The notes below the pieces were generated by a model, which was given only the letters and a program-made list of their open reading frames with translations, ran no database searches and was not told the origin of the DNA. A program made the position numbers and the translations under genes. From the NCBI GenBank assembly GCA_965240325.2, contig OZ251252.1:248001-312000 (forward strand): a stretch of DNA of 64,000 nt. Direction: 5' to 3'. Shown here in pieces: positions 21,680-30,658 of this stretch. Numbering within the stretch: the first letter of the stretch is position 1; every line of letters begins with the position of its first letter. The stretch is from Rebecca billardiae RCC1528 (Eukaryota; Protista; Haptophyta).

Positions 21680-23389
21680 TCAGTCTGGGCCGTGCGCGAC
21701 GACGACGCGCAGCGTCTCGAGGCTCGGATCACGCGCGATCACCTCGCCGCCGCGCCCGAGCACCGCCCCGAGCAGCGCGAGCGCCTCCGTGCGCACCTGC
21801 TCGCCCGGCACCAGCACCGGAATTCCGGGCGGGTACGCGCAGACGAGCTCGGCGCACGTGCGCCCGACCGCCGCCGCGGCGGGCACGGCCTCGGAGGGCG
21901 CGTAGAAGGCGTCGCGCGGCGACGCGGCCAGCCCCGAGGGCACGGTACCGGCCCATGCCACGTCCAAGCCGCCGTCCGCCGCGGCGGCCGCTGCGCCGCT
22001 GGCTTCGCCATCAGCCGCCGCGGCGGCCGCCGCCTCGCCGCGCGCGCGCGGGCGCGCCGCGTCGGCGACGGCTCTTCGCAGCGCGCGCAGCAGACGGCGC
22101 GCGTGCGCGCGCGTCGAGCCGGGCCCGAGCACAAACGTCACGTGCGCGAGCGCCGGGAGCTCGCAGTACACGCCGTGCTGCTCGATCAAGTACTCGTCGA
22201 GGGCGTAACCGCCGTAACCGCCATCGCCGTCGTACCCGCAGGCCGCGGCGCGCGCGCCAAGCGGCGGCGCGGCCGCGGCGAACGTGAGGCGCAGCGGGTC
22301 GAGCGCCGCGCAGCCGGGCGCGGGGCACGCGGGCTCGACGAGCGGAGGGAACGCCGAGGGGCGTCGGCGCACCGCCTCGCGCACGCCGGCGGCCAGGGCG
22401 AGGGCGCGGCGCAGCTCGGGCGCTCCGGCACCGTCGCGTGCGGAGGCGGCCGCCTGCGCGCGCGCCGCGTCGAGCGAGGCGAGCAGCAGCGCGGAGGGCG
22501 AGGAGGAGGTGAGCAGCTCGAGCGCCTCGGAGATCGCCGCGTCGAGCGCCGCCTCGCCCCAGCGCGCGCCGCACGCGCCGCCCTCGGCCGCGTGCAGCAT
22601 GGCGGCCTGGGAGAGGGCCCCCAGGGACTTGTGCGTGCTCTGTACGACAAGCTGCGCGCCGTGCGCGAGCGCGGGCGGCGGGAGCCCGGGCGCGAGGCCG
22701 AGGTGCGCGCCGTGCGCCTCGTCCACGACGAGCGGCACGCCCGCCGCCTCGCACGCCGCGGCCGCCGCGCCGATGTCGCCGAGCGCGCCCTCGTAGGTTG
22801 GGCTGACGAGCAGCACACACGCCGCGTGCGCGCCGTGCGCCTCGAGCGCGCGCGCGAGCGTCGTGGGCACGTCGACGCCGAGGAGCAGGCCGGTGGACGG
22901 GTCGAGCTCGGGCGTGAGCCACACGGGCGTGGCGCCCGCGTGCACGAGCGCGTGCACCGCCGACTTGTGCGCCGTGCGCGGCAGCAGCACGCGCCGCCGG
23001 CCGCTCAGCCGCACGCACGCGAGCACGGCGGCCATCACGCCGCCCGAGGAGCCGTTGGCGAGGAACCAGGTGCGGCGCGCGCCGAAGGCGTCGGCCGCGA
23101 GCGCCTGCGCATCGGCGAGCGGGCCGCTCGGCGCGAACAGGTTGTCCAGCTCGGGCAGCTCCGGCAGGTCGTACCGCGCTGCGCGGCCGAGCAGCGCGCG
23201 CGCGCTCACCGGCAGCCCCGCGCCGAGCTTGTGGCCCGGGAGGAAGAAGGGCGCGCGGATGCGGGCTGATGCGGTGCGCAGGGCGTCCACGTACGGCGTG
23301 CGCCGCTGGTCGAACCGCGGCGCCAGGGCCGCGGCGCCGCTCGACGCGAGCAGCGCGAGCGCCGCGCAGCCGGCCGGGCCGGGCGCCAT
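21680..23389 (-). CDS. Orn/Lys/Arg decarboxylase (PLP-dependent, fold type I) with N-terminal signal peptide
   Basis: FFLPGHK, DLPELPELDNL, FLANGSSGG, RTAHKS, SPTYEG, VDEAHGAH, QSTHKSL (PLP lysine), SSSPS, YPPGIPVLVPGE. Confidence 0.95.
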   Translation of the reverse strand: MAPGPAGCAALALLASSGAAALAPRFDQRRTPYVDALRTASARIRAPFFLPGHKLGAGLPVSARALLGRAARYDLPELPELDNLFAPSGPLADAQALAADAFGARRTWFLANGSSGGVMAAVLACVRLSGRRRVLLPRTAHKSAVHALVHAGATPVWLTPELDPSTGLLLGVDVPTTLARALEAHGAHAACVLLVSPTYEGALGDIGAAAAACEAAGVPLVVDEAHGAHLGLAPGLPPPALAHGAQLVVQSTHKSLGALSQAAMLHAAEGGACGARWGEAALDAAISEALELLTSSSPSALLLASLDAARAQAAASARDGAGAPELRRALALAAGVREAVRRRPSAFPPLVEPACPAPGCAALDPLRLTFAAAAPPLGARAAACGYDGDGGYGGYALDEYLIEQHGVYCELPALAHVTFVLGPGSTRAHARRLLRALRRAVADAARPRARGEAAAAAAADGEASGAAAAAADGGLDVAWAGTVPSGLAASPRDAFYAPSEAVPAAAAVGRTCAELVCAYPPGIPVLVPGEQVRTEALALLGAVLGRGGEVIARDPSLETLRVVVAHGPD

Positions 23390-23690
23390 GGGCGATTTGA
23401 ACGAATTGATGGCTTTTTTCGCGAGCGGCCGAGGCTCTTATTAGGGTACCGTTAACTAGGTGGGTAATATATGTACGCCGACACTTGTAAAGTACTGTAC
23501 TCCTCCCGCCACAGTTCTCGTCGAGTCGATACTCATCGATCCCGCTTTTCACACTACTCAACGTCGCTGATTGGCTAGGTGGGTGCCTCCAGGCGGGTGA
23601 ACTCGCCCTTGCTCCTGCACAAGGCGCGGCGCACAGCGAAGCCCACACGTGTCTGGAGGCCGAGGCCCCGTTGGCAAGCCGGGAGGCGGC

Positions 23691-25635
23691 ATGGCCGAGT
23701 CCGAGACGCCGCGCGAGCAGGTGAAGGACCTGAAGCGGCTCCTCGCGCAGACCACGTCGGAGCGGCTCCGCCGCTGCATCCGCTCCGAGCTCCGCGCCGC
23801 GCTCCTCGACCTTCAGACCCAGCTCGACGACGTCGCCGAGCTCGAGCGCCTTCGGAAGCTCGCCAAGCGCTCGTGCGCGCGCCGGTTACTGGACGCGGAG
23901 ATCAAGGCGCTCAGGTCGCAGCTGCTCGGCGCGTACGAGCTCGTGCGCGACGGGCTGGGGGACGGCACGCCGCTCGAGGGCGAGGCGCCCTCGCCGTCCG
24001 CGGGGCCGCGCGCGAGCAACGGTGGCGGCGACACTGCTTCGCCCGCACAGCTGCCAGCGTTCTGCTGGCGCTCGCCGTTCGTGCGCGAGCAGCCCATCGC
24101 GCGCTGCGACTTCAACGACCCGTTCGTCGACGAGTGCCTCGCCAGAGGCCAGCCCGTCGTCATCACCGGCGCGCCGCTGTGCACGTCCGCCGTGGGCAAG
24201 TGGTCGCTCGATTACTTGCGGAAGCATTATGGAGCCAAAGTCGAGTGCACGGTGTTCGAGGCGGACGACGGGTTCTTCCGGTACTGGGACCTGAGCAAGA
24301 ACACACACGGCTACCCCTTCCCCGACGGCACGCACACCACCAAGCAGTCGATGACCATGGAGACCTTTGCGACGCGCGCGCGCGCGGCCGCGGCCGAGCG
24401 GCGGGCCGACCAGGCGACCGGCTCGCGTGGCCTCTACCTGCAGTCGCCGCTGGTCGAGGTACGCGCCGCGCCGCGCCGCGCCGCGCCGCGCGGGGCGGGG
24501 CGGAGGTGGCGTGCGCGCGCACGCCGGCCGCCGCCTCGCCGCTCGGAGCCGCGGCACCGCCGCCCGCCGCTACCCTGCCGGCGCGGCGCGCGGCGCGTTG
24601 CCCTGCCCTGCCGCGGGCTGGCCGGCTGGCGCCGCACACCCCGCGCGAGCAGCGCGCGCATGCAATTTCGCTCCGCCGGGCGCGCTCCGGCGCCGCGCCG
24701 CGCGCCGGGCGGCGCACCAGCTGACGCGCCACGCCGGCGCACCCGCGCCCCACCCGCGCGCCCCGCCGCCCGCGCGCAGGGCGTGGGCGACGCCATCGTC
24801 GCGGACTTCACCCGCTTCGACTGGCGCTGGGCCAGGGGCTTGCCAGAGCGGCTGGGCTGGGGCCGGCTCTCGTCCAACATGCTCTTCGTCGGGATGCGGG
24901 GGCACGTGACGCCCGCGCACTTCGACGAGCAGCAGAACCTGCTCGCGCAGGTGCGCGGCGCGCTGGCCCGCCGCGCAGCCCGCGCGCCGCCTCCGCCCCG
25001 CGTGCTGACTCAACGGTCTGCTCGATGCTCCCACTGGCCCCCGGGGCGGTCGGCGCGCGCCGCGCCGCGCCGCCGCCGCGCAGCTGCACGGGCGGAAGCG
25101 CGTGCTGCTGTGGCGGCCGCGCGACTGGGTGTGCATGTACCCGTACCCCGTCGGGCACCCCAACGACCGGCAGTCGCAGGTCGACTTCCGCGAGATCACG
25201 CGCGCGGACGCGCCCGCCGCGGCGCGCTGGCCCCGGTTCTGCGAGGCCAGCCCGTTGGAATGCGTGCTGCAGCCGGGCGATGTGCTCTTCCTGCCGCAGT
25301 TCTGGTGGCACCACGTGGAGAACCTGGACGACGAGTGCGTCTCGACCAACTTCTGGTACGTCGACTCGGACATCCGCGAGGACGTCGCCACGCTCCCCCT
25401 CGGCGAGGTGCAGAACGTCGCGATGCGACGAAACGTCGAGCGGCTGATTGGCTCGTCGCTGGGCTCGAGCCAGCGCGCGCACGCGGTGCTGCGCGAGCTG
25501 GGCGAGGGGAAGGCGGCGTCGAGCGACGCGCAGCAGACGGCGAAGGTGGCGCGCAAGCTGCTCTCGCCCATCTTCTCCGAGGAGGAGGTCGCGGACGACT
25601 GGATCCGCGAGCTCACCACCCACCGCTTCTGGTGA
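23691..25635 (+). CDS. HIF1AN: JmjC 2-oxoglutarate/Fe(II) hydroxylase, FIH (HIF1AN)-like
   Basis: Introns 24459..24779 and 24951..25083. Spliced VTPAHFDEQQNLLAQLHGRKR, YPYPVGHPNDRQSQVDF, PGDVLFLPQFWWHHVE, NFWY and VAMRRNVERLIG closely follow FIH motifs. Confidence 0.85.
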
Positions 25636-25945
25636 TGCCAGTGCCTGGCTCGGCTGCGTGGCATCCCGCGCCGGCGCCAGTCAATGATGAGGACTCGCCG
25701 CACCCGAGGTCCGGAGTCCGGGGCCGAACCGCGGTGGCCGTCTGTCTGTCCGCGAGGCGGTGGTTGCCGTCACACTTCAGCGCACGACGTCACTAGCGCC
25801 CGGCGCAATCATACTGATCACTGTTACGCGATTCACTGAGTCTGATGCCGCGCGCAGTCCGCGGTCAGCCGACGGTCCCGAGGCCACCGTGACCGAGGCG
25901 AGTGCCGCCGCGCGGGCCGACATTCGTCACATTCGACCGGCAACG

Positions 25946-26330
25946 TCAACGCGCACTCCTGCGCTGCCAGTCCGACGCCCCTTCCGCCTGGTTGAACTTA
26001 AAGAAGGCGTCTGTCGCGTCCCGCAGCTTCTCATCCCGCGTCTTCGTCTCGAGGCCGTCGAAGAGTGCCTGCAGCTGCGCGCGTCGCTCGTCCTGCTCGC
26101 GCCGCACATGCTCTGGCAGCTGGGACGGCGGCGGCATGGCGCCCCTGCGTGCCGCCTGGTGCAGCTCGCCGGGGAGGGCGTTGGCAGGGCCGACGGTGAG
26201 CTCCAAGAGCACCCAGCCACCGAGCAGGGGCACGCACGCGACGCCGACAGCACTCGTCACGCGGTTGCGGTCGATCCATCTCGCCACAACGAGCACGTGC
26301 TTGCGCCACCACGGTATGCGCGACGCCATC
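25946..26330 (-). CDS. Small hypothetical single-pass membrane protein
   Basis: ORF MASRIPWWRK... with one hydrophobic segment (VTSAVGVACVPLLGGWVLL) and a charged helical tail. Confidence 0.55.
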
Positions 26331-26880
26331 GCTGTGGCTCCACCGTCCACGGCGCCGGCCGTGAGTTCACGTCTGCCGGCTTCGGAGGACGACCGTACCG
26401 TACTCTACTGCCCTTTATTCCTTTGACTGAACTGTACAACTCGCGGCTACTGAATCTCGCCTGCCTGAGCTGTGTGCGTCTCTTATTCTTAGTAAACTGT
26501 AGTCTGTATCATCATCATAGTCTTCCGACGAAATCAGCCATCCGCGCCCTACCGCGCACAGTAACATTATAATAGAATGCGGTTACATGCATGTCTTGAC
26601 GGTATATACGACGTCCGGTGGCGCGCGCAGTGGCATGTTCCGCATCAGCAGCAGCAGCATATATCATCATCCTCATATCGTCGTCATCCTCGTCTCAACG
26701 GGCGCGTCGTCCCGTCACTGCACCGTGCCGCCGTCGTCGCGCGCTCGTCCGCGCGCCGCGTCGTCATCAGAGATCCGGCCGAAGCAGCCTGGCTCCTGGG
26801 GTGGATGCATGCTCGACGACACCTTTGCCGGCGGCCGCCGCGGTGGACTGGCTGCCGGACTGCCAGTGGTCGCTCAGGGC

Positions 26881-29800
26881 CTACAGCACGCGCGTCTGCC
26901 TCCGGGATGCCGCCCCCGACGCAGACACCGACGCCACCCCCGACCCCGACGCCGACGCCGCCTGCGCCGACGACGCGGAGGAGGGCGTCCCCAGCGGCTG
27001 GAGCAGTGAGGCCAGCATGGCGCCGAACGCATGCGGCGGGCGATCACGATCCCGATCGGCGGCCGCCAGCGACGTCTGGCTCGGCCTGGCTCCACCTGAC
27101 GCCGCGGCGGCGATGGCAGCGGGTCCGCGGGCTGACTCGGCCGTCGCCGCCGGGGCTGCTGCGCCGCGCGCGCCGCCATCCGGGTGCGGCTGCTGCCCGC
27201 GCCGCCCGCTGCCGGCGCCTGCCGCCGGCAGAGGCACGGTGCGGAGCGTGATGGGCGGCGCGCGCGGCCGGCCGCTGGCGTCCGAGCCACCGAGTGGCGC
27301 ACTGGGCAGCCGCTCGTGGATCCCCGAGCCCGCTGCCTCGTCATGCACCGCCTCGGCGCGCCGCACCGGGTCCGGGCGCCGCCAGGCCTTGGGCGTGAGG
27401 ATTGCGTCGAGCGCGCGGCGCGCGGCCGCCGGCGGCTTGGCGCTCGCGGGCGCTGGCGAGGCCAGCTCGCCGAGCGCGCGAATCCCACGGTCGCTGCGCG
27501 TGCGTGGTTTTCGTGCTGTCCCGAGCGGCGAAAGCTGCATCGGCGGCACCAAGCCCGTGGCCGCCTCGACCGAGCGCACCGCCGAGTGCGCGGCTAGCGC
27601 GAGGGCCACAGCCTCTGCGTCGGAGGGGGCGTGCGCCGCAGGCTGGGCGTCTGTCCGAGCGGGCTCGCCTGCGCCCACGCCGCCACCGCCGTCGCCTCCG
27701 TCGCCAGTCCGCTGTGCCCGTGCGGCAGTGGCGCCACGCGTCTGCTTGCTTGCCGCGCTCGATTCGTCACCCGAGCTCATGCCGCGGCTGGCGGCGGAGC
27801 CCCTCCGAGAGACAGCGGCGAAGGCGGTGGCGCTGGCCATGCGCATGACGATGGCGCGCGAGCTGACGAGCGTGCTCTGTGCGCCGGCGGCGACGGCGAG
27901 CAGCCGCGGCCGCACGTTCACCGCGAGGTCGGCGACGAGCTGGCCCTCGCGCGGCTCCTCGTCGGCGGAGGAGCTTGACGACGTGGCGCGCATGCTGTGC
28001 GCCCACCGCCTGCGGCCGCCGGAGCGGCGGGCGCTGGGCCGGCGCCGGCCATCCAAGTCATCGTCCGAAGGCAGCCCGTCGTCCAGACTGGCCGGCCGGA
28101 GCGGCGCGCGGCGCGGCGCGCTTGGCACCGTGATGGGAGAGAATCGCGCGGCCCAGTGGTTGGGCGACGGGCACTCCTGCCGCGCAGTGGACGAACTCGC
28201 GGCGACCACCATGCCTGCCGAGCCAGCCGCTTCAGCCGCTACCGCCGCTGCGCGCGCCTCCTCCGCCGACAGCCGCCGCCGCGCCGCGCGGAAGCGGCGG
28301 CTAAGCTGCGCCGCGCGCGCGCGCTCGCGCGCGCTCGGCAGCAGGCCCGCGGCCGCCGCGTCATCCAGCGCCATGCGCAGCAGCTTCTCGCCGCCCACCG
28401 AGACGTCGCTGCCACCGCGCGCCGCCTCGCGCTCGGCGGCGGTGGCGCCAACGGCGGCGTGCGCCCGCGCCGCGTCCGCGCTCGCGAGCTTGAGCGCGGA
28501 GAGAAGGTTCTCGCGAGAAGCCGCGTCGAGCAGCAGCTCGAGGGCGCGGGGCACGGCCGCTCCGTCCGTGGGCACGCCGACTTCGAGCGCGCGCGCGAGC
28601 GCGGTGGCGAGTGCGGCCGTGGCGGTGGCGAGGGCGAGGTGCGCGGCGCGGGCCTCGGCGCTCGGCTGCTCCGCGCGAGCGTCGGGCGCGTCCTCGTCGG
28701 CGGCGAGCCGAACCGCGCGGCCGAGCGCGGAGCGCGCGCGCGCGGTGGCAGCCGCGAGCTCGGCGCCGGCGCGCTTGCGCGCCATCAGCGCCATCGCCCG
28801 CCGCTCGGCGCGCGATGGCGGCGTGAGCTCGGAGAGCGTGCCGTCCGAGTCGGGGTCGTCCGAGAGATGACGGGAGGCGGACCGCCCAACGACGTCCTCG
28901 TCGCCGTCGGCTGCCGCGGCTGCAGCGGCGGTCGGCAGTCGGTTGGCGGCAGACACGCGGTGGAAGCGCACGAGCGTCGGGGAGATCACCAGCCCGCTGT
29001 TGGCGATCTCGCTGCTTGCGCGCCAGCGGCCTTGGTCTCCATCACCGCCAGCATCCGGCCCGGTGCCGCCGCCATCTCCACCGCCGTCGGCGTCGTTCGC
29101 TCCGAGTGTGATCATCGCCTCCACGTCCGCGTCCGTGTCGGTGGCGTCCGTGGCCTCAGACCAGCGGACCTCATCCGGGCTCTGCAGGTACACGCGTTTG
29201 GCACTGCGCAGCACGCCGACGGCGCGCAGCCGGCGCTGCAGCTCGGACCAGCTCGTCGCGCCGCCCTTGATCGCAGACTGCCGCCGCAGCGCCGAGCGCA
29301 CCGCGCCGCTGCCGCCGCTGCCGCCGCCGAGGGCCGCGACCGTGGTCCGCCGATGCAGGCGCGCGAGGAGGGCGACGACGGCGAGCTCGTCGCCCTCGGG
29401 CGTGGCATGCGCGGCGAGCTCGAGGAGGTCCGTGCACAACTCGTCTGCGCGCACCCCCTGCGCCGATTCGCCGCGCCCGCGCTCGGCGCCGTCCGAGAAG
29501 GCGGCGAGCGAGAGCGCTCGCACTTTGCTGTCGCCCCTCGGCTCCTGGCCGTCGTCGCTCGCCGCGTCCGCGTGGAGGCCGCGCGCGATGAGCGTGCGGA
29601 GATGAGCGTACGTCTCCACGGGCATGGTGTCGGTGTCGCCCAGCCCCGCGGCGCTCCAGAAGCGCATCGCCGCCGCGCGCGCCGCCACCGAGGCGCCGAG
29701 CGCGTGCCGCTTGTGGAGGGCGTCCGTAGGCCGCGACGAGACATGATGGCGGCTCGAGGTGGGGACGTCCATCCCACGCGCCGGCATGGTGAGGCGTGTG

Positions 29801-30090
29801 AGCGGGGCCACATGGCCTGCCGTAAACGATGGATGGCCCGCGTCACGCTCGGAAGCGAGCGCCTGCGGCTCCTGCGCGGGCGTCACGTCAGCTGCGTGTT
29901 CCGGCTTCGATGCGCTCGCGGACGGACGATTCGCACCCGTGCCGTGCCCGTGCGTGGCGGCCGCGTCGGACGCGCTCGCTGAAGGAGGGTCGTCGTCGGC
30001 GTGCTTAGGCGGATGATCATCAGCTCCACGGCGTTGTGGGCCCTGGCCTCGTGCGGGCGCGTCGTCGTGCTTGTGCAGCGTGAGGGGCAT
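26881..30090 (-). CDS. Hypothetical intronless protein, copy B of the inverted gene pair
   Basis: 1069-aa ORF, near-identical to 14514..17699. Confidence 0.65.
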   Translation of the reverse strand: MPLTLHKHDDAPARGQGPQRRGADDHPPKHADDDPPSASASDAAATHGHGTGANRPSASASKPEHAADVTPAQEPQALASERDAGHPSFTAGHVAPLTRLTMPARGMDVPTSSRHHVSSRPTDALHKRHALGASVAARAAAMRFWSAAGLGDTDTMPVETYAHLRTLIARGLHADAASDDGQEPRGDSKVRALSLAAFSDGAERGRGESAQGVRADELCTDLLELAAHATPEGDELAVVALLARLHRRTTVAALGGGSGGSGAVRSALRRQSAIKGGATSWSELQRRLRAVGVLRSAKRVYLQSPDEVRWSEATDATDTDADVEAMITLGANDADGGGDGGGTGPDAGGDGDQGRWRASSEIANSGLVISPTLVRFHRVSAANRLPTAAAAAAADGDEDVVGRSASRHLSDDPDSDGTLSELTPPSRAERRAMALMARKRAGAELAAATARARSALGRAVRLAADEDAPDARAEQPSAEARAAHLALATATAALATALARALEVGVPTDGAAVPRALELLLDAASRENLLSALKLASADAARAHAAVGATAAEREAARGGSDVSVGGEKLLRMALDDAAAAGLLPSARERARAAQLSRRFRAARRRLSAEEARAAAVAAEAAGSAGMVVAASSSTARQECPSPNHWAARFSPITVPSAPRRAPLRPASLDDGLPSDDDLDGRRRPSARRSGGRRRWAHSMRATSSSSSADEEPREGQLVADLAVNVRPRLLAVAAGAQSTLVSSRAIVMRMASATAFAAVSRRGSAASRGMSSGDESSAASKQTRGATAARAQRTGDGGDGGGGVGAGEPARTDAQPAAHAPSDAEAVALALAAHSAVRSVEAATGLVPPMQLSPLGTARKPRTRSDRGIRALGELASPAPASAKPPAAARRALDAILTPKAWRRPDPVRRAEAVHDEAAGSGIHERLPSAPLGGSDASGRPRAPPITLRTVPLPAAGAGSGRRGQQPHPDGGARGAAAPAATAESARGPAAIAAAASGGARPSQTSLAAADRDRDRPPHAFGAMLASLLQPLGTPSSASSAQAASASGSGVASVSASGAASRRQTRVL

Positions 30091-30658
30091 GTTGCAGGCG
30101 TTGTTGTTGGGTGGGTTGAGTCGTTGAGGGGGGGGGAGTGTTGGTTGGGGGATGTGGGTGTGTGCAAGGTGTGTGGGTGGTTAATCCATCACTCCCCGAC
30201 CAGAATTGTGTTGAAGATCTTGTTGATATGACATCCAGAATCTTCTTCACTACGCTTTAAACATCATCATTGCCGCGGTATTTTTTCGGTCGATGTACGA
30301 AACTTTGATAGGACGGATCGCTTTTCGAGCACTGAGCTAGTACTTGTACTCGGCGTAATGGCTGTCGTCAACATCATGAGTCATCACCCTTGGGGATCGG
30401 CGGACGCCGTCGGCCGTGCTCAGTGCCGACTGAAGAACCGCGGCCCCGCGGTTAGCCAAGTGCTGATGATTGCTGATCTGCACGCTTACTCTCGTGCTCG
30501 TGCTCGCGCGCAACAAAGCTTCGTGCTGGACTGGCCCCGTCGTCTCCTTCCCGGTGGGGCGCGCCGGTCCTGCTGCCTAGACACCAACCGTACCGACTGG
30601 TCCCGGTCCGGGAGTGGCGCCCTGTCTGATCTGTCGGCGCGTAGTTCGCCGGCGGTTA

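Larger units (their letters stand above)
14500..30105. repeat. Large inverted duplication: arms ~14500-17770 and ~26885-30105, spacer ~9 kb
   Basis: The translated ORFs 13998..17699(+) and 26881..30090(-) are near-identical over most of their length, and DNA homology extends just beyond both ends. Confidence 0.95.

Noticed and set aside
14500-30105. Composite or giant transposon bounded by the inverted genes
   Set aside because: No transposase, no sharp termini and no TSD; the enclosed genes look like ordinary host genes.
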